A stretch of 64,000 nt of DNA, taken from the NCBI GenBank assembly GCA_050946715.1, contig JBMNVH010000003.1, forward strand, positions 53,924 through 117,923. The letters run 5' to 3'. The translations under genes were made by a program, and so were the position numbers. A model generated the notes under the pieces. It searched no databases, was not told the origin of the DNA, and worked only from the letters and a program-made list of their open reading frames with translations. The DNA is from Anaerolineaceae bacterium. GTDB taxonomy: Bacteria > Chloroflexota > Anaerolineae > Anaerolineales > Anaerolineaceae. Every line of letters starts with the position of its first letter. Position 1 is the first letter of the stretch. This document shows, one piece after another, positions 46,020-53,936 of the stretch.

Positions 46020-48645
46020 TCTTCTAAAGTGGTACCTTTTGATCCAGGCGCTCGGTTTGATCAACCTGCCGATAACGATCTCAGTCTTTCAGAAATTAAG
46101 ATCAAAGGGTGTATTTCTATCCAAAATTTTAGGATTATTGTTATGGGGATTCGTATTTTGGTGGTTGGTGACAATCGGATTGTTGAGAAACGATCTGCCT
46201 TCTGCGCTGGTTGCGATGGGTCTGCTTGCCTTGGTCAACCTATTTTTCCTCAAAAGAATAGGATCAGACCAACTAAGAGAGCAAAGAATTAGTCTCAAAA
46301 GGTTTCTGATCGCTAGTGAGCTTGTATTCTTCATTACTTTTGCTTTTTGGGCGTTGGTTCGATCTACAAATCCGGAGATTATTCACACTGAAAAGTTCAT
46401 GGAGATGGCGTTCATTAATGCGATCCTGAAATCACCTGGATTCCCACCGCATGATCCCTGGCTCTCGGGTTATGGCATTTCTTATTATTATTTTGGCTAT
46501 GTTCTCTCAGCTTTGTTGATCCGTGTCAGTGGGGTTGCGTCATCGGTCGGATATAACCTGGTTTCCGCCTTGTGGTTTGGGATGACCGCTCTGGCGGCGT
46601 ATGGCTTGGTCTGGGACTTTTTCGCAATTCGCAATTCGGATTCGAATGCTTCAACAGAAGGGAACCGACGAGCTTATTATCTTGCGCTGCTTGCGCCGAT
46701 CATGCTCCTGATCGTTTCGAACTGGTTTGGATTGCTGGATGTTCTCCATGCCAGAGGTTTCCTTGGCGAAAAGGCAACTCAGCTGATTAATTTGCCCGCA
46801 CTAAATGCCGAACCCTTTAATTATTCCTGGTTCCCAAATCGGGGCGGCTGGTCCTGGTGGCAGGCCAGTCGCGTTCTACAAGATTATCGTTTGAATGGCT
46901 CAAGCATAGAGATCATCGATGAATTTCCGTTTTTCACCTTTTTGCTCTCGGATATCCACCCCCATCTGCTGGGGATGCCCTTTGTGATCCTGGCAATCGC
47001 GATGGCGTTCAATGCTTTTATGGGCGGTTGGGAGAAAGAAACGATGCTTTTTGGGCGAAAACTATCACTGAATATTCTTAATATTTCTTTGGCGGTCATC
47101 ACCCTGGGCGGCATTGCCTTTTTGAACACCTGGGATTTTCCCTTCTATCTGCTGTTGATCGCCTTTTCGCTGGTCTGGAAGAGTGCGCGAGAGACCGGCT
47201 GGCAGGTCAAGCACCTATGGCGATTAGTGCTATTTGGCCTCGTGGGTGGAGTCATGAGCATCCTTGCCTACCTGCCTTTTTACCTAAGTTTCGCTTCGCA
47301 GGCAGGCGGCATCTTGCCAAGTCTGGCATTTTTCACCAGTGGCATTCAACTCTGGACGATGTTCGGACCTTTGCTTGCGAAGATCTTTGTGTGGCTGCTT
47401 TACCACGAGATAAAAATGAAACGTTTCCCAGGTTTGAACGCCCTGCTGCTAAGCCTGGCGCTTGTTTTCTTTTTGTTCATGGTCGGCTGGGGGATGGGAT
47501 TGCTGGCTGGTCGCATGGAAAATCTGGGTCAACTTTTGAACGCCTTGCAGGGGGCAGAGTCAAACGCCCAGCTGCTCAAGGAAAGTTTGCTCGCGCGGCT
47601 GAAAGCGCCTGCTGCGTTCATCACTTTGTTACTTTTAGTCTGGTTGGCACTTGATCAACTCCTGAAAAAACTTCCAAAATCCGTTGAAAAAACTTCGGAG
47701 GACAAGGCAGAGCCTGTCACTCAAACTGCCAGACCGCAGGCTTTCATCCTGATGCTGATCCTGCTGGGGGCTTTGCTGGTGATCGTGCCAGAGTTTATCT
47801 ACCTGAAAGATCAGTTCGCCACCAGGATGAATACGATCTTCAAGTTTTATTTCCAGACCTGGATATTGTGGTCAATGGCGGCGGCTTTTGGCTTTGGCGA
47901 TCTGTTTTTTGAGGCGAAAGGGCGCTGGAATCGCCTTTTCGCTTTATTGATCGCCGCAGTCGCTTTGCTTGGGCTTGGGTTTTCGATCCATCAAAGGGAA
48001 ATAAGCTTGGCAAAAGCCTTTGGCAGTAATTTCTTAGATTATTTGGTATTATCGATTCCTGTTCTATTCATAATATGGTTTTTATTAAACCTCTTCAAGA
48101 AACAGAGAAGAGCCGCTTTAGGCGTAATCTGTTCTTTCGCTGTGTTCCTTGGTTTGATCTACCCATCCATTGAACTCTGGAATAAGACAGAGGGATTTGT
48201 TCCACAAGACGGCTATTCTTTGGATGGGAAGCAGGATTTTTATCTTTATTCCCCGGATGAGATGCTGGCTGCTGCTTGGTTGCAGAAAGCTCCCTTAGGC
48301 GTCATGGCTGAAGCGGTCTCGGATACTGGCGGCAGCTATACCACCTATAATATAATTTCCACATTTTCTGGCATGCCGACCGTGTTGGGTTGGATCGGGC
48401 ACGAAGCGCAATGGCGTGGTGGATATGAAGAAATGGGATCACGGCAAAATGACCTGCGGGAACTATACAGCACTGCCAGCTGGGAAAAAGCCAAAACTGT
48501 GATCGACATGTATAATATTCGCTATATCGTCGTTGGTGAGTTGGAAAGACAAACTTACAAAGTTGACGTGTCTAAGTTTGAGGTGAATCTGGTAAAAGTC
48601 TTTGATACAAATAAGGTCGATATCTATGAGGTGAGGCAACCTTGA
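46012..48645 (+). CDS. DUF2298 ('chlor_Arch_YYY') family polytopic membrane protein
   Basis: The 877-aa ORF contains HTEKFMEMAFINAILKSPGFPPHDPWLSGYGISYYYFGY and GWIGHEAQWRGG...YNIRYIVVGELE. It overlaps the previous gene by 8 nt. Confidence 0.75.
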   Translation: MIDLLKWYLLIQALGLINLPITISVFQKLRSKGVFLSKILGLLLWGFVFWWLVTIGLLRNDLPSALVAMGLLALVNLFFLKRIGSDQLREQRISLKRFLIASELVFFITFAFWALVRSTNPEIIHTEKFMEMAFINAILKSPGFPPHDPWLSGYGISYYYFGYVLSALLIRVSGVASSVGYNLVSALWFGMTALAAYGLVWDFFAIRNSDSNASTEGNRRAYYLALLAPIMLLIVSNWFGLLDVLHARGFLGEKATQLINLPALNAEPFNYSWFPNRGGWSWWQASRVLQDYRLNGSSIEIIDEFPFFTFLLSDIHPHLLGMPFVILAIAMAFNAFMGGWEKETMLFGRKLSLNILNISLAVITLGGIAFLNTWDFPFYLLLIAFSLVWKSARETGWQVKHLWRLVLFGLVGGVMSILAYLPFYLSFASQAGGILPSLAFFTSGIQLWTMFGPLLAKIFVWLLYHEIKMKRFPGLNALLLSLALVFFLFMVGWGMGLLAGRMENLGQLLNALQGAESNAQLLKESLLARLKAPAAFITLLLLVWLALDQLLKKLPKSVEKTSEDKAEPVTQTARPQAFILMLILLGALLVIVPEFIYLKDQFATRMNTIFKFYFQTWILWSMAAAFGFGDLFFEAKGRWNRLFALLIAAVALLGLGFSIHQREISLAKAFGSNFLDYLVLSIPVLFIIWFLLNLFKKQRRAALGVICSFAVFLGLIYPSIELWNKTEGFVPQDGYSLDGKQDFYLYSPDEMLAAAWLQKAPLGVMAEAVSDTGGSYTTYNIISTFSGMPTVLGWIGHEAQWRGGYEEMGSRQNDLRELYSTASWEKAKTVIDMYNIRYIVVGELERQTYKVDVSKFEVNLVKVFDTNKVDIYEVRQP

Positions 48646-50351
48646 TACAAGAAAGATCAGAACATTTTGAAAAGACAAAGACATTTGGAAAGGATAAGCA
48701 AGCTTTTCTCCTTTTAATTGCAGTTATATTGGGTGTTTTTGTAAGGCTTCTCCTCCTAGATCAGGCAAAATTTACAGAAAGCGAACTGATCCTGAGCCAT
48801 AACGCTCTATTGGCTGCCCGAGGGGTCGCGCAGGAGACCAGCACGGCGCCTGCCTACACTGGTTTGACCGCTTTGTTGTTCTACCTCTTTGGCCCTGGCA
48901 ATTTTATTGCCCGTGTGTGGCCCGCTATCTTTGGCGCATCCATAATTGCTATTCCCTGGTTTTGGAAAGATCTGATAGGTAAGAAAGCCAGCCTGATCCT
49001 GAGCTTTTTGCTGGCAATGAATCCGATTTTTGTGACCTTCTCAAGGGCGATCAATCCAGGTATTTTTGCCATTGGCGGTGTTTTATGGGTTTTGACTTTG
49101 ATCAAAATCAAAAGACCCTATTTGAGCGCTGTGTTTTTAGGGATCTCATTTCTAAGTGGGGCTGCCTTTTGGAATATTGTTCTGATCCTAGGTGTTTTTT
49201 ATCTATTGGCGCGGTTTTTCGTTGGTGAAGAGGCAATTGAAGAAATAAACTCACACTTAGATTTGAGGGCTTTTCTGAAATTTGATTTGATTTTGGTCTT
49301 TCTGGTCACGGTATTTCTTCTTTCCTCCTCATTTTTACTGGAACCAAAAGGTTTTGGCGGTGCGGGAAGCAGTCTTGTAGGCTTCTTCCAACAATTCACT
49401 CAGAACTTTGAGAAACCACTCTATCATCCCATCTATTTATTGCTTGCGCATAGTTACTTCTCAATTGTGATCTATTTTTCGCAATTAATCAAAAAAGACG
49501 CAGTTATGGGAGGAAAACGTATCGGTTTTATGGGGCTCCTGGTATTCATTTCAATCCTTTACGCCACGCTTGTTAGCCGCTCAAGTTTCGAGATGCTGAT
49601 GGTCCCTGTGTTGTTATTGCTGATCGTTGCGGCACAGGCGATCTCTGAAATCAGGATCGATAAAGAGGAAATGAACTTCCTCAATCTTGCTATTTCAGTT
49701 TTTACAATCGCAATATTAATTTACATTACGATAAATTTGCGACGCCTGTCAATTTTGATTTTTGGAAGTCCGCAGTTTATAAGCGTCGCATTAATTATCC
49801 TCGCTGGCGTGATCCTTCTGGCTTCAAGCTGGTGGCTGGCTAAATTTGCGGCACCTGATAAGAATATCGGCAAGGTGATGCTTATTAGCTTGCTTCTATT
49901 GCTGTGCGTTTTGAGTTTTTCAAGTGTATACCGTGGAATCGGTATCGATCAACAATATCGAGCCAATGAATTTCTTGGCAAGAGTGTTTACATGCCAAAC
50001 GATACATATTCCGAAATTTTCGAAGAATTCAATTTGACAGGAAGAAATCTTGCCCAGCTCGGTTCTTATCAGTTAGTCGATCTGCCGGAATATCTCGGAT
50101 GGTATTTTCACGAATTCTCAATATTCTCGCCTTATTCAAACGCAACGCTGGTGCTTTCCCGCAGTTCCGAGATGCCGGGTAGCGATGTCGAATATCGGGG
50201 GATGAACATCGTCCTTGAAAGATCCGCGGATTGGAAAGCAGCTGGTATCAGCAGATATTTCAAGGGATTGTTTGGTACTAAAATGGATTACTTCGATCAA
50301 AAAGCCGTATTATGGATAAAGACCTCTCTTTTCACAGGAGCGAATCAGTAA
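48642..50351 (+). CDS. Polytopic membrane protein, degenerate GT-C-like (TIGR03663-like) candidate
   Basis: The 569-aa ORF has the first loop KFTESELILSHNAL after TM1, an FGPGNFIARVWPAIFG block and about 12 hydrophobic segments. It uses a TTG start with a 4-nt overlap. Confidence 0.45.
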   Translation: MIQERSEHFEKTKTFGKDKQAFLLLIAVILGVFVRLLLLDQAKFTESELILSHNALLAARGVAQETSTAPAYTGLTALLFYLFGPGNFIARVWPAIFGASIIAIPWFWKDLIGKKASLILSFLLAMNPIFVTFSRAINPGIFAIGGVLWVLTLIKIKRPYLSAVFLGISFLSGAAFWNIVLILGVFYLLARFFVGEEAIEEINSHLDLRAFLKFDLILVFLVTVFLLSSSFLLEPKGFGGAGSSLVGFFQQFTQNFEKPLYHPIYLLLAHSYFSIVIYFSQLIKKDAVMGGKRIGFMGLLVFISILYATLVSRSSFEMLMVPVLLLLIVAAQAISEIRIDKEEMNFLNLAISVFTIAILIYITINLRRLSILIFGSPQFISVALIILAGVILLASSWWLAKFAAPDKNIGKVMLISLLLLLCVLSFSSVYRGIGIDQQYRANEFLGKSVYMPNDTYSEIFEEFNLTGRNLAQLGSYQLVDLPEYLGWYFHEFSIFSPYSNATLVLSRSSEMPGSDVEYRGMNIVLERSADWKAAGISRYFKGLFGTKMDYFDQKAVLWIKTSLFTGANQ

Positions 50352-50352
50352 C

Positions 50353-51051
50353 ATGAGTGAAAAAACTTTCAATGACCTTCCCAAAATTATCGCAATCGAT
50401 GGCCCGGCAGCTTCGGGCAAATCGACGATCGGCACCCTGATTGCCAATCAGCTTGGTTATATCTGCCTTGATACCGGGATCATGTATCGGGCAGTGGCAT
50501 TTCAGGCACTGAAAGAGGGCATTAATGTATTCGATGAATTGGCAGTCAGCGAGCTTTCGGAGCGTATCAAGATAGACATTCTTCCAAGCCAGGACGAGGA
50601 TAACCGACAATTCACAGTTTTGATCGAAGGAGAGGACCACACCTGGGATATTCGCACGCCTGATGTGAACAGGGTCGTGTCGGAGGTTTCGGTTTATCCT
50701 CGCGTGCGCACGGCGATGACAGACCTGCAGCGGAAAATTGGTGAGAAAGGCAATATCGTCATGATCGGGCGGGACATTGGTACGGTCGTGCTGCCTAACG
50801 CGGATCTGAAGATCTATCTGGACGCCAGCGTGGAGGTCAGAGCGCAACGTCGTTATATCGAAGACTTAAGTCGCGGTAAGAAAGCTTCTTTTGATGAGGT
50901 ATTGGACTCTCTGCGGCATCGCGATCAGATCGATTCCGGTCGCGCGGTCGCGCCTCTGAAGCCGGCGGATGACGCGATCATTGTTGACTCCGACAAGATG
51001 ACCGTATATGAGGTTGTTGAGCACGTTCTTGGATTGATCCAGAAAAAGTAA
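50353..51051 (+). CDS. cmk: Cytidylate kinase
   Basis: The 232-aa ORF contains IIAIDGPAASGKSTIG, LDTGIMYRA and GRDIGTVV. It starts 1 nt after the previous stop. Confidence 0.92.
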   Translation: MSEKTFNDLPKIIAIDGPAASGKSTIGTLIANQLGYICLDTGIMYRAVAFQALKEGINVFDELAVSELSERIKIDILPSQDEDNRQFTVLIEGEDHTWDIRTPDVNRVVSEVSVYPRVRTAMTDLQRKIGEKGNIVMIGRDIGTVVLPNADLKIYLDASVEVRAQRRYIEDLSRGKKASFDEVLDSLRHRDQIDSGRAVAPLKPADDAIIVDSDKMTVYEVVEHVLGLIQKK

Positions 51052-51077
51052 GCATCAATTATTGAACGTATGCCTTC

Positions 51078-51101
51078 GCTTGTGGTCTCCCGACCACGAG
51101 C
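51078..51101 (+). terminator. Intrinsic terminator after cmk
   Basis: GCTTGTGGTC-tccc-GACCACGAGC forms a 10-bp stem with one G-U pair, followed by a T-rich tract. Confidence 0.55.
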
Positions 51102-51118
51102 TATGTTGTATTGTCTTA

Positions 51119-51345
51119 CCTGAGTTCCTCATCTTTGACAAAAATGCGTTTTCATCAAGATAAAATCTGGGCAATAATATAAAGAATCGCAGGATTAAAA
51201 TTTATATTGCCAAAAAAACCACCCCCTGCCCCCTCCCTTGAGGGGGTTGATAGCTGTTCGTAAACTAATGCTAAATTTTGCCGAAAACAGTGTTTTCTTT
51301 GAAGAAGATGGCTAGCAATCAGCTCCCTAATATGAGAAACTCAGG
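51119..51345. repeat. ~230-bp intergenic segment bounded by a 14-bp inverted repeat and containing several internal hairpins
   Basis: CCTGAGTTCCTCAT (51119..51132) pairs with ATGAGAAACTCAGG (51332..51345) at 13 of 14 positions. Inside are the hairpins GGCAATAATATAAA...TTTATATTGCC and CCCCCT-cccttg-AGGGGG. Confidence 0.6.
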
Positions 51346-51399
51346 AAATAAGAATTGCTAAAAAGTAAATAGCTTTTAAGCCTGAAATACTGATGCCCA

Positions 51400-51408
51400 T
51401 GCTATAAT
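51400..51408 (+). promoter_or_regulatory. Extended -10 promoter element upstream of the histidine kinase
   Basis: The sequence TGcTATAAT lies at 51400..51408. Confidence 0.4.
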
Positions 51409-51482
51409 TTCATATCATGTGTGGGATTCGTTTTTGTCATTCCATTATTGACGCGGGGAAATTCTTAGAGGATGTCTCAACA

Positions 51483-53825
51483 ATGAAGGCTGGCGTGTTC
51501 CTGCTTCCTTTTTTTGTCACTGTCTTTTTAGTTTGGCTTTTGGTGCGTCTGGCAAAGAAGTCCAATAATATTAATTTCTTCAAATCCCGCTGGTTTTACA
51601 TCCTTTTACTTGTCTCGATACCATTGGTTTTTATCAATGCCAGACCCTTTGATGGCGAAGTTCTCGGCTTTGACGGTCAAACTTATCAGCCGATCATGCC
51701 GCTCTTTGCCAGTCTATCTGCCATCCTAGCGGTTGGGTTGGTGGGACCTTTGGCTGGTTCCCTGATCGCAATCTTTATTGGCTTTATGTTGATATTGTTT
51801 TTAAAGCAGGATATTTCCCTAATTCTTTATTACCCCTTGATCGTGCTTGTATTCGCGAACCAGCTGAATGAATCAGGGGAAAACGCCTCATCAGCAAAAA
51901 TAATAATCCTAAAGTTGTTTGAGGCTGCCATGCTGGGCTTGCCTTTCTGGATGCTATATCAATTCAATCTGGCTGTTGTTTATGGTCTACGGGATCTGAT
52001 CGCTGTTTTGACGCAAGCGATCTTCTTATGGACACTGCATTTGCCGGAATTAATTACGACCTCGGTCGCGATCTTATTGGTTTTGCGCTTTTTGCCGCAG
52101 GACTGGCAGCCGCGGTATTTCCTCAATGACCCAAGGCATGAATCAACGGTTGGCGTGATCCTTGAACAAATTGAAGCGCTGGGTAAAGGCGATTACGGAC
52201 AGGAAATTATAATTGAACCAAGATCAAGCAGTGATAAAGCGATCATAGAGGCTTTGGAAGAACTGCGAAAAGGTTTACAACTGCGTGCTGACGCTCAGTC
52301 GCGTTTACTTTCGCTTGATCCCTCACATTATTCTCGTGAAGGTTATGACCTGGTCATGTCTTCTATCCTGAAAGCCGCGCTTACGCGTGATGCCAGCGCG
52401 TCAAGATTGATCTTGTTGGACTCCAACCCTCAGACCGGTGATATGGAAATGCGTTTGCGCATGGGGCAAGGTGAGCATACCCGAACTTACGCTTACCTTG
52501 ACCTGATGGTGCTCGAAAAGTTGGCAGACCAGGAGCAACTTGTCTTAAGCGATCTGAAACTTGACCAATATTTTGGTCTGACGCCAGGAACTCCTTATCC
52601 AAAATCTCTTGTCGCGCTGCACCTGGGGAACGGAGAAAATGCCAAGGGAGTGCTTTGGATCGGCTTCGAACAAAATCGTTGGTTTAGCGCTGAAGAAATT
52701 GATTTCTATAAGGAACTTGCTTTTCGGGCGACGGCGACATTGAACACCAAGCAGCAAGTATTAAAGGTGCACACCGAAAATACCTGGCTCAATGAAGTGT
52801 TGAATTCAATCGATGATCCAATTCTGGTGATCAATTCAAACAGAGAAGTTATTCACCAAAATCTTGCCAGCCAAAGCCTGATTAACCAGGCAGGTGATTT
52901 GGTCATCAATGATGGGAGGAAGAAAACAATCCCCCAATCGAAGATGCTTGAATTAATGCAGGTGAATCGATCAGGTCTTGATAAAGAAAAGACGATCCGT
53001 CTCTCAGAAAAAGAATACCGGGTTGAGATCTTACCGGTCAAATTGGAGGGCAAAGAAACTGGCTCAGTAATTTACCTGAAGGACAATCGCTGGATCGACC
53101 AGGCAAATCAGGAAAAGAATGAATTCATTCGAAATGTTAGTCATGACCTCCGCAACCCGCTCAGGTTGATGATCGGCTATGCCAAGCTGATCCGACATAT
53201 CGGAAAGATGAGTGATCAGCAGTTGCAGTTTTTGGACAAAATTGAAAATGGTTTGGAAGATATGATGCGCCAGGTGGGAAACGTTTTGGATATGGATCGC
53301 CTGGACGCTGACGCGGGTCTGATGTACGTAACCTTTGACTTCAAAGAGATGGTCAATGAAACCATTGCCATGTTTGAGAGCCAGGCGCAGCAAAAGAAGA
53401 TTGCGATCAACACCGACCTCGGCGGGCTCAAATTGCCATATATTTCCGCAGACAGGGTCTTATTGCAACAGGCGATCTATAATCTGATCGAAAATGCGAT
53501 CAAGTTTAGCCCAAGGGGCGAAACGGTATTGATCAAGGCAGAAAAGGATGCATCCTGGATGCACTTCAGCATTGCTGATCACGGCAAGGGGATCGCGCCA
53601 TTGGATCAGACAAGAATATTTGATCGTTTTTATCACATGGATGATGAGCAAAACTTTGAGAACAGAGGGCAGGGACTAGGGCTTTCAATCGCGAAATCGA
53701 TCGTAGAAAAACATGGTGGTACAATATCGGTAGAAAGCAAATTGGGTTCAGGCAGCATATTCTATATTGACGTCCCTTTACATCGTTTGGACGGTATGAA
53801 AAACTTGACAAAAGTCCGTGATTAA
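51483..53825 (+). CDS. Sensor histidine kinase with a large polytopic N-terminal membrane domain, GAF/PAS-like middle, HisKA and HATPase_c
   Basis: The product has the H-box EFIRNVSHDLRNPL, the N-box NLIENAIKFSP, G1 DHGKGI and G2 GQGLGLSIAKSIVEKHGG. I prefer the start at ATG 51483, because ATG 51417 would sit about 9 nt after the predicted -10. No response regulator is adjacent. Confidence 0.85.
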   Translation: MKAGVFLLPFFVTVFLVWLLVRLAKKSNNINFFKSRWFYILLLVSIPLVFINARPFDGEVLGFDGQTYQPIMPLFASLSAILAVGLVGPLAGSLIAIFIGFMLILFLKQDISLILYYPLIVLVFANQLNESGENASSAKIIILKLFEAAMLGLPFWMLYQFNLAVVYGLRDLIAVLTQAIFLWTLHLPELITTSVAILLVLRFLPQDWQPRYFLNDPRHESTVGVILEQIEALGKGDYGQEIIIEPRSSSDKAIIEALEELRKGLQLRADAQSRLLSLDPSHYSREGYDLVMSSILKAALTRDASASRLILLDSNPQTGDMEMRLRMGQGEHTRTYAYLDLMVLEKLADQEQLVLSDLKLDQYFGLTPGTPYPKSLVALHLGNGENAKGVLWIGFEQNRWFSAEEIDFYKELAFRATATLNTKQQVLKVHTENTWLNEVLNSIDDPILVINSNREVIHQNLASQSLINQAGDLVINDGRKKTIPQSKMLELMQVNRSGLDKEKTIRLSEKEYRVEILPVKLEGKETGSVIYLKDNRWIDQANQEKNEFIRNVSHDLRNPLRLMIGYAKLIRHIGKMSDQQLQFLDKIENGLEDMMRQVGNVLDMDRLDADAGLMYVTFDFKEMVNETIAMFESQAQQKKIAINTDLGGLKLPYISADRVLLQQAIYNLIENAIKFSPRGETVLIKAEKDASWMHFSIADHGKGIAPLDQTRIFDRFYHMDDEQNFENRGQGLGLSIAKSIVEKHGGTISVESKLGSGSIFYIDVPLHRLDGMKNLTKVRD

Positions 53826-53834
53826 TTCTATAAT
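53805..53834 (+). promoter_or_regulatory. Near-consensus sigma-70 promoter embedded in the 3' end of the kinase gene, reading toward rpoC
   Basis: TTGACA (53805..53810) is followed by an 18-nt spacer and TATAAT (53829..53834). Confidence 0.55.
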
Positions 53835-53873
53835 AACAGGCTGCGAAAGTATACGAACAAACCAAAAAACTTA

Positions 53874-53900
53874 CCGGAATTGTGGTTCCGGCTGGTTTTT
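53874..53900 (+). terminator. Terminator-like hairpin (kinase terminator and/or rpoC leader attenuator)
   Basis: CCGGAA-ttgtgg-TTCCGG is followed by CTGGTTTTT. An optional outer AAACCA/TGGTTT pairing is possible. It lies 37 nt upstream of the rpoC GTG. Confidence 0.5.
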
Positions 53901-53936
53901 CATGTTTTAAGCCCTCAGCTTAACTTGGAGGAATGA

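Noticed and set aside
50332-50847. 171-aa ORF antisense to cmk, and the 182-aa ORF 2075..2623 antisense to rpoN
   Set aside because: Both are shadow ORFs within well-supported genes, and their Arg/His-rich composition is typical of antisense frames.
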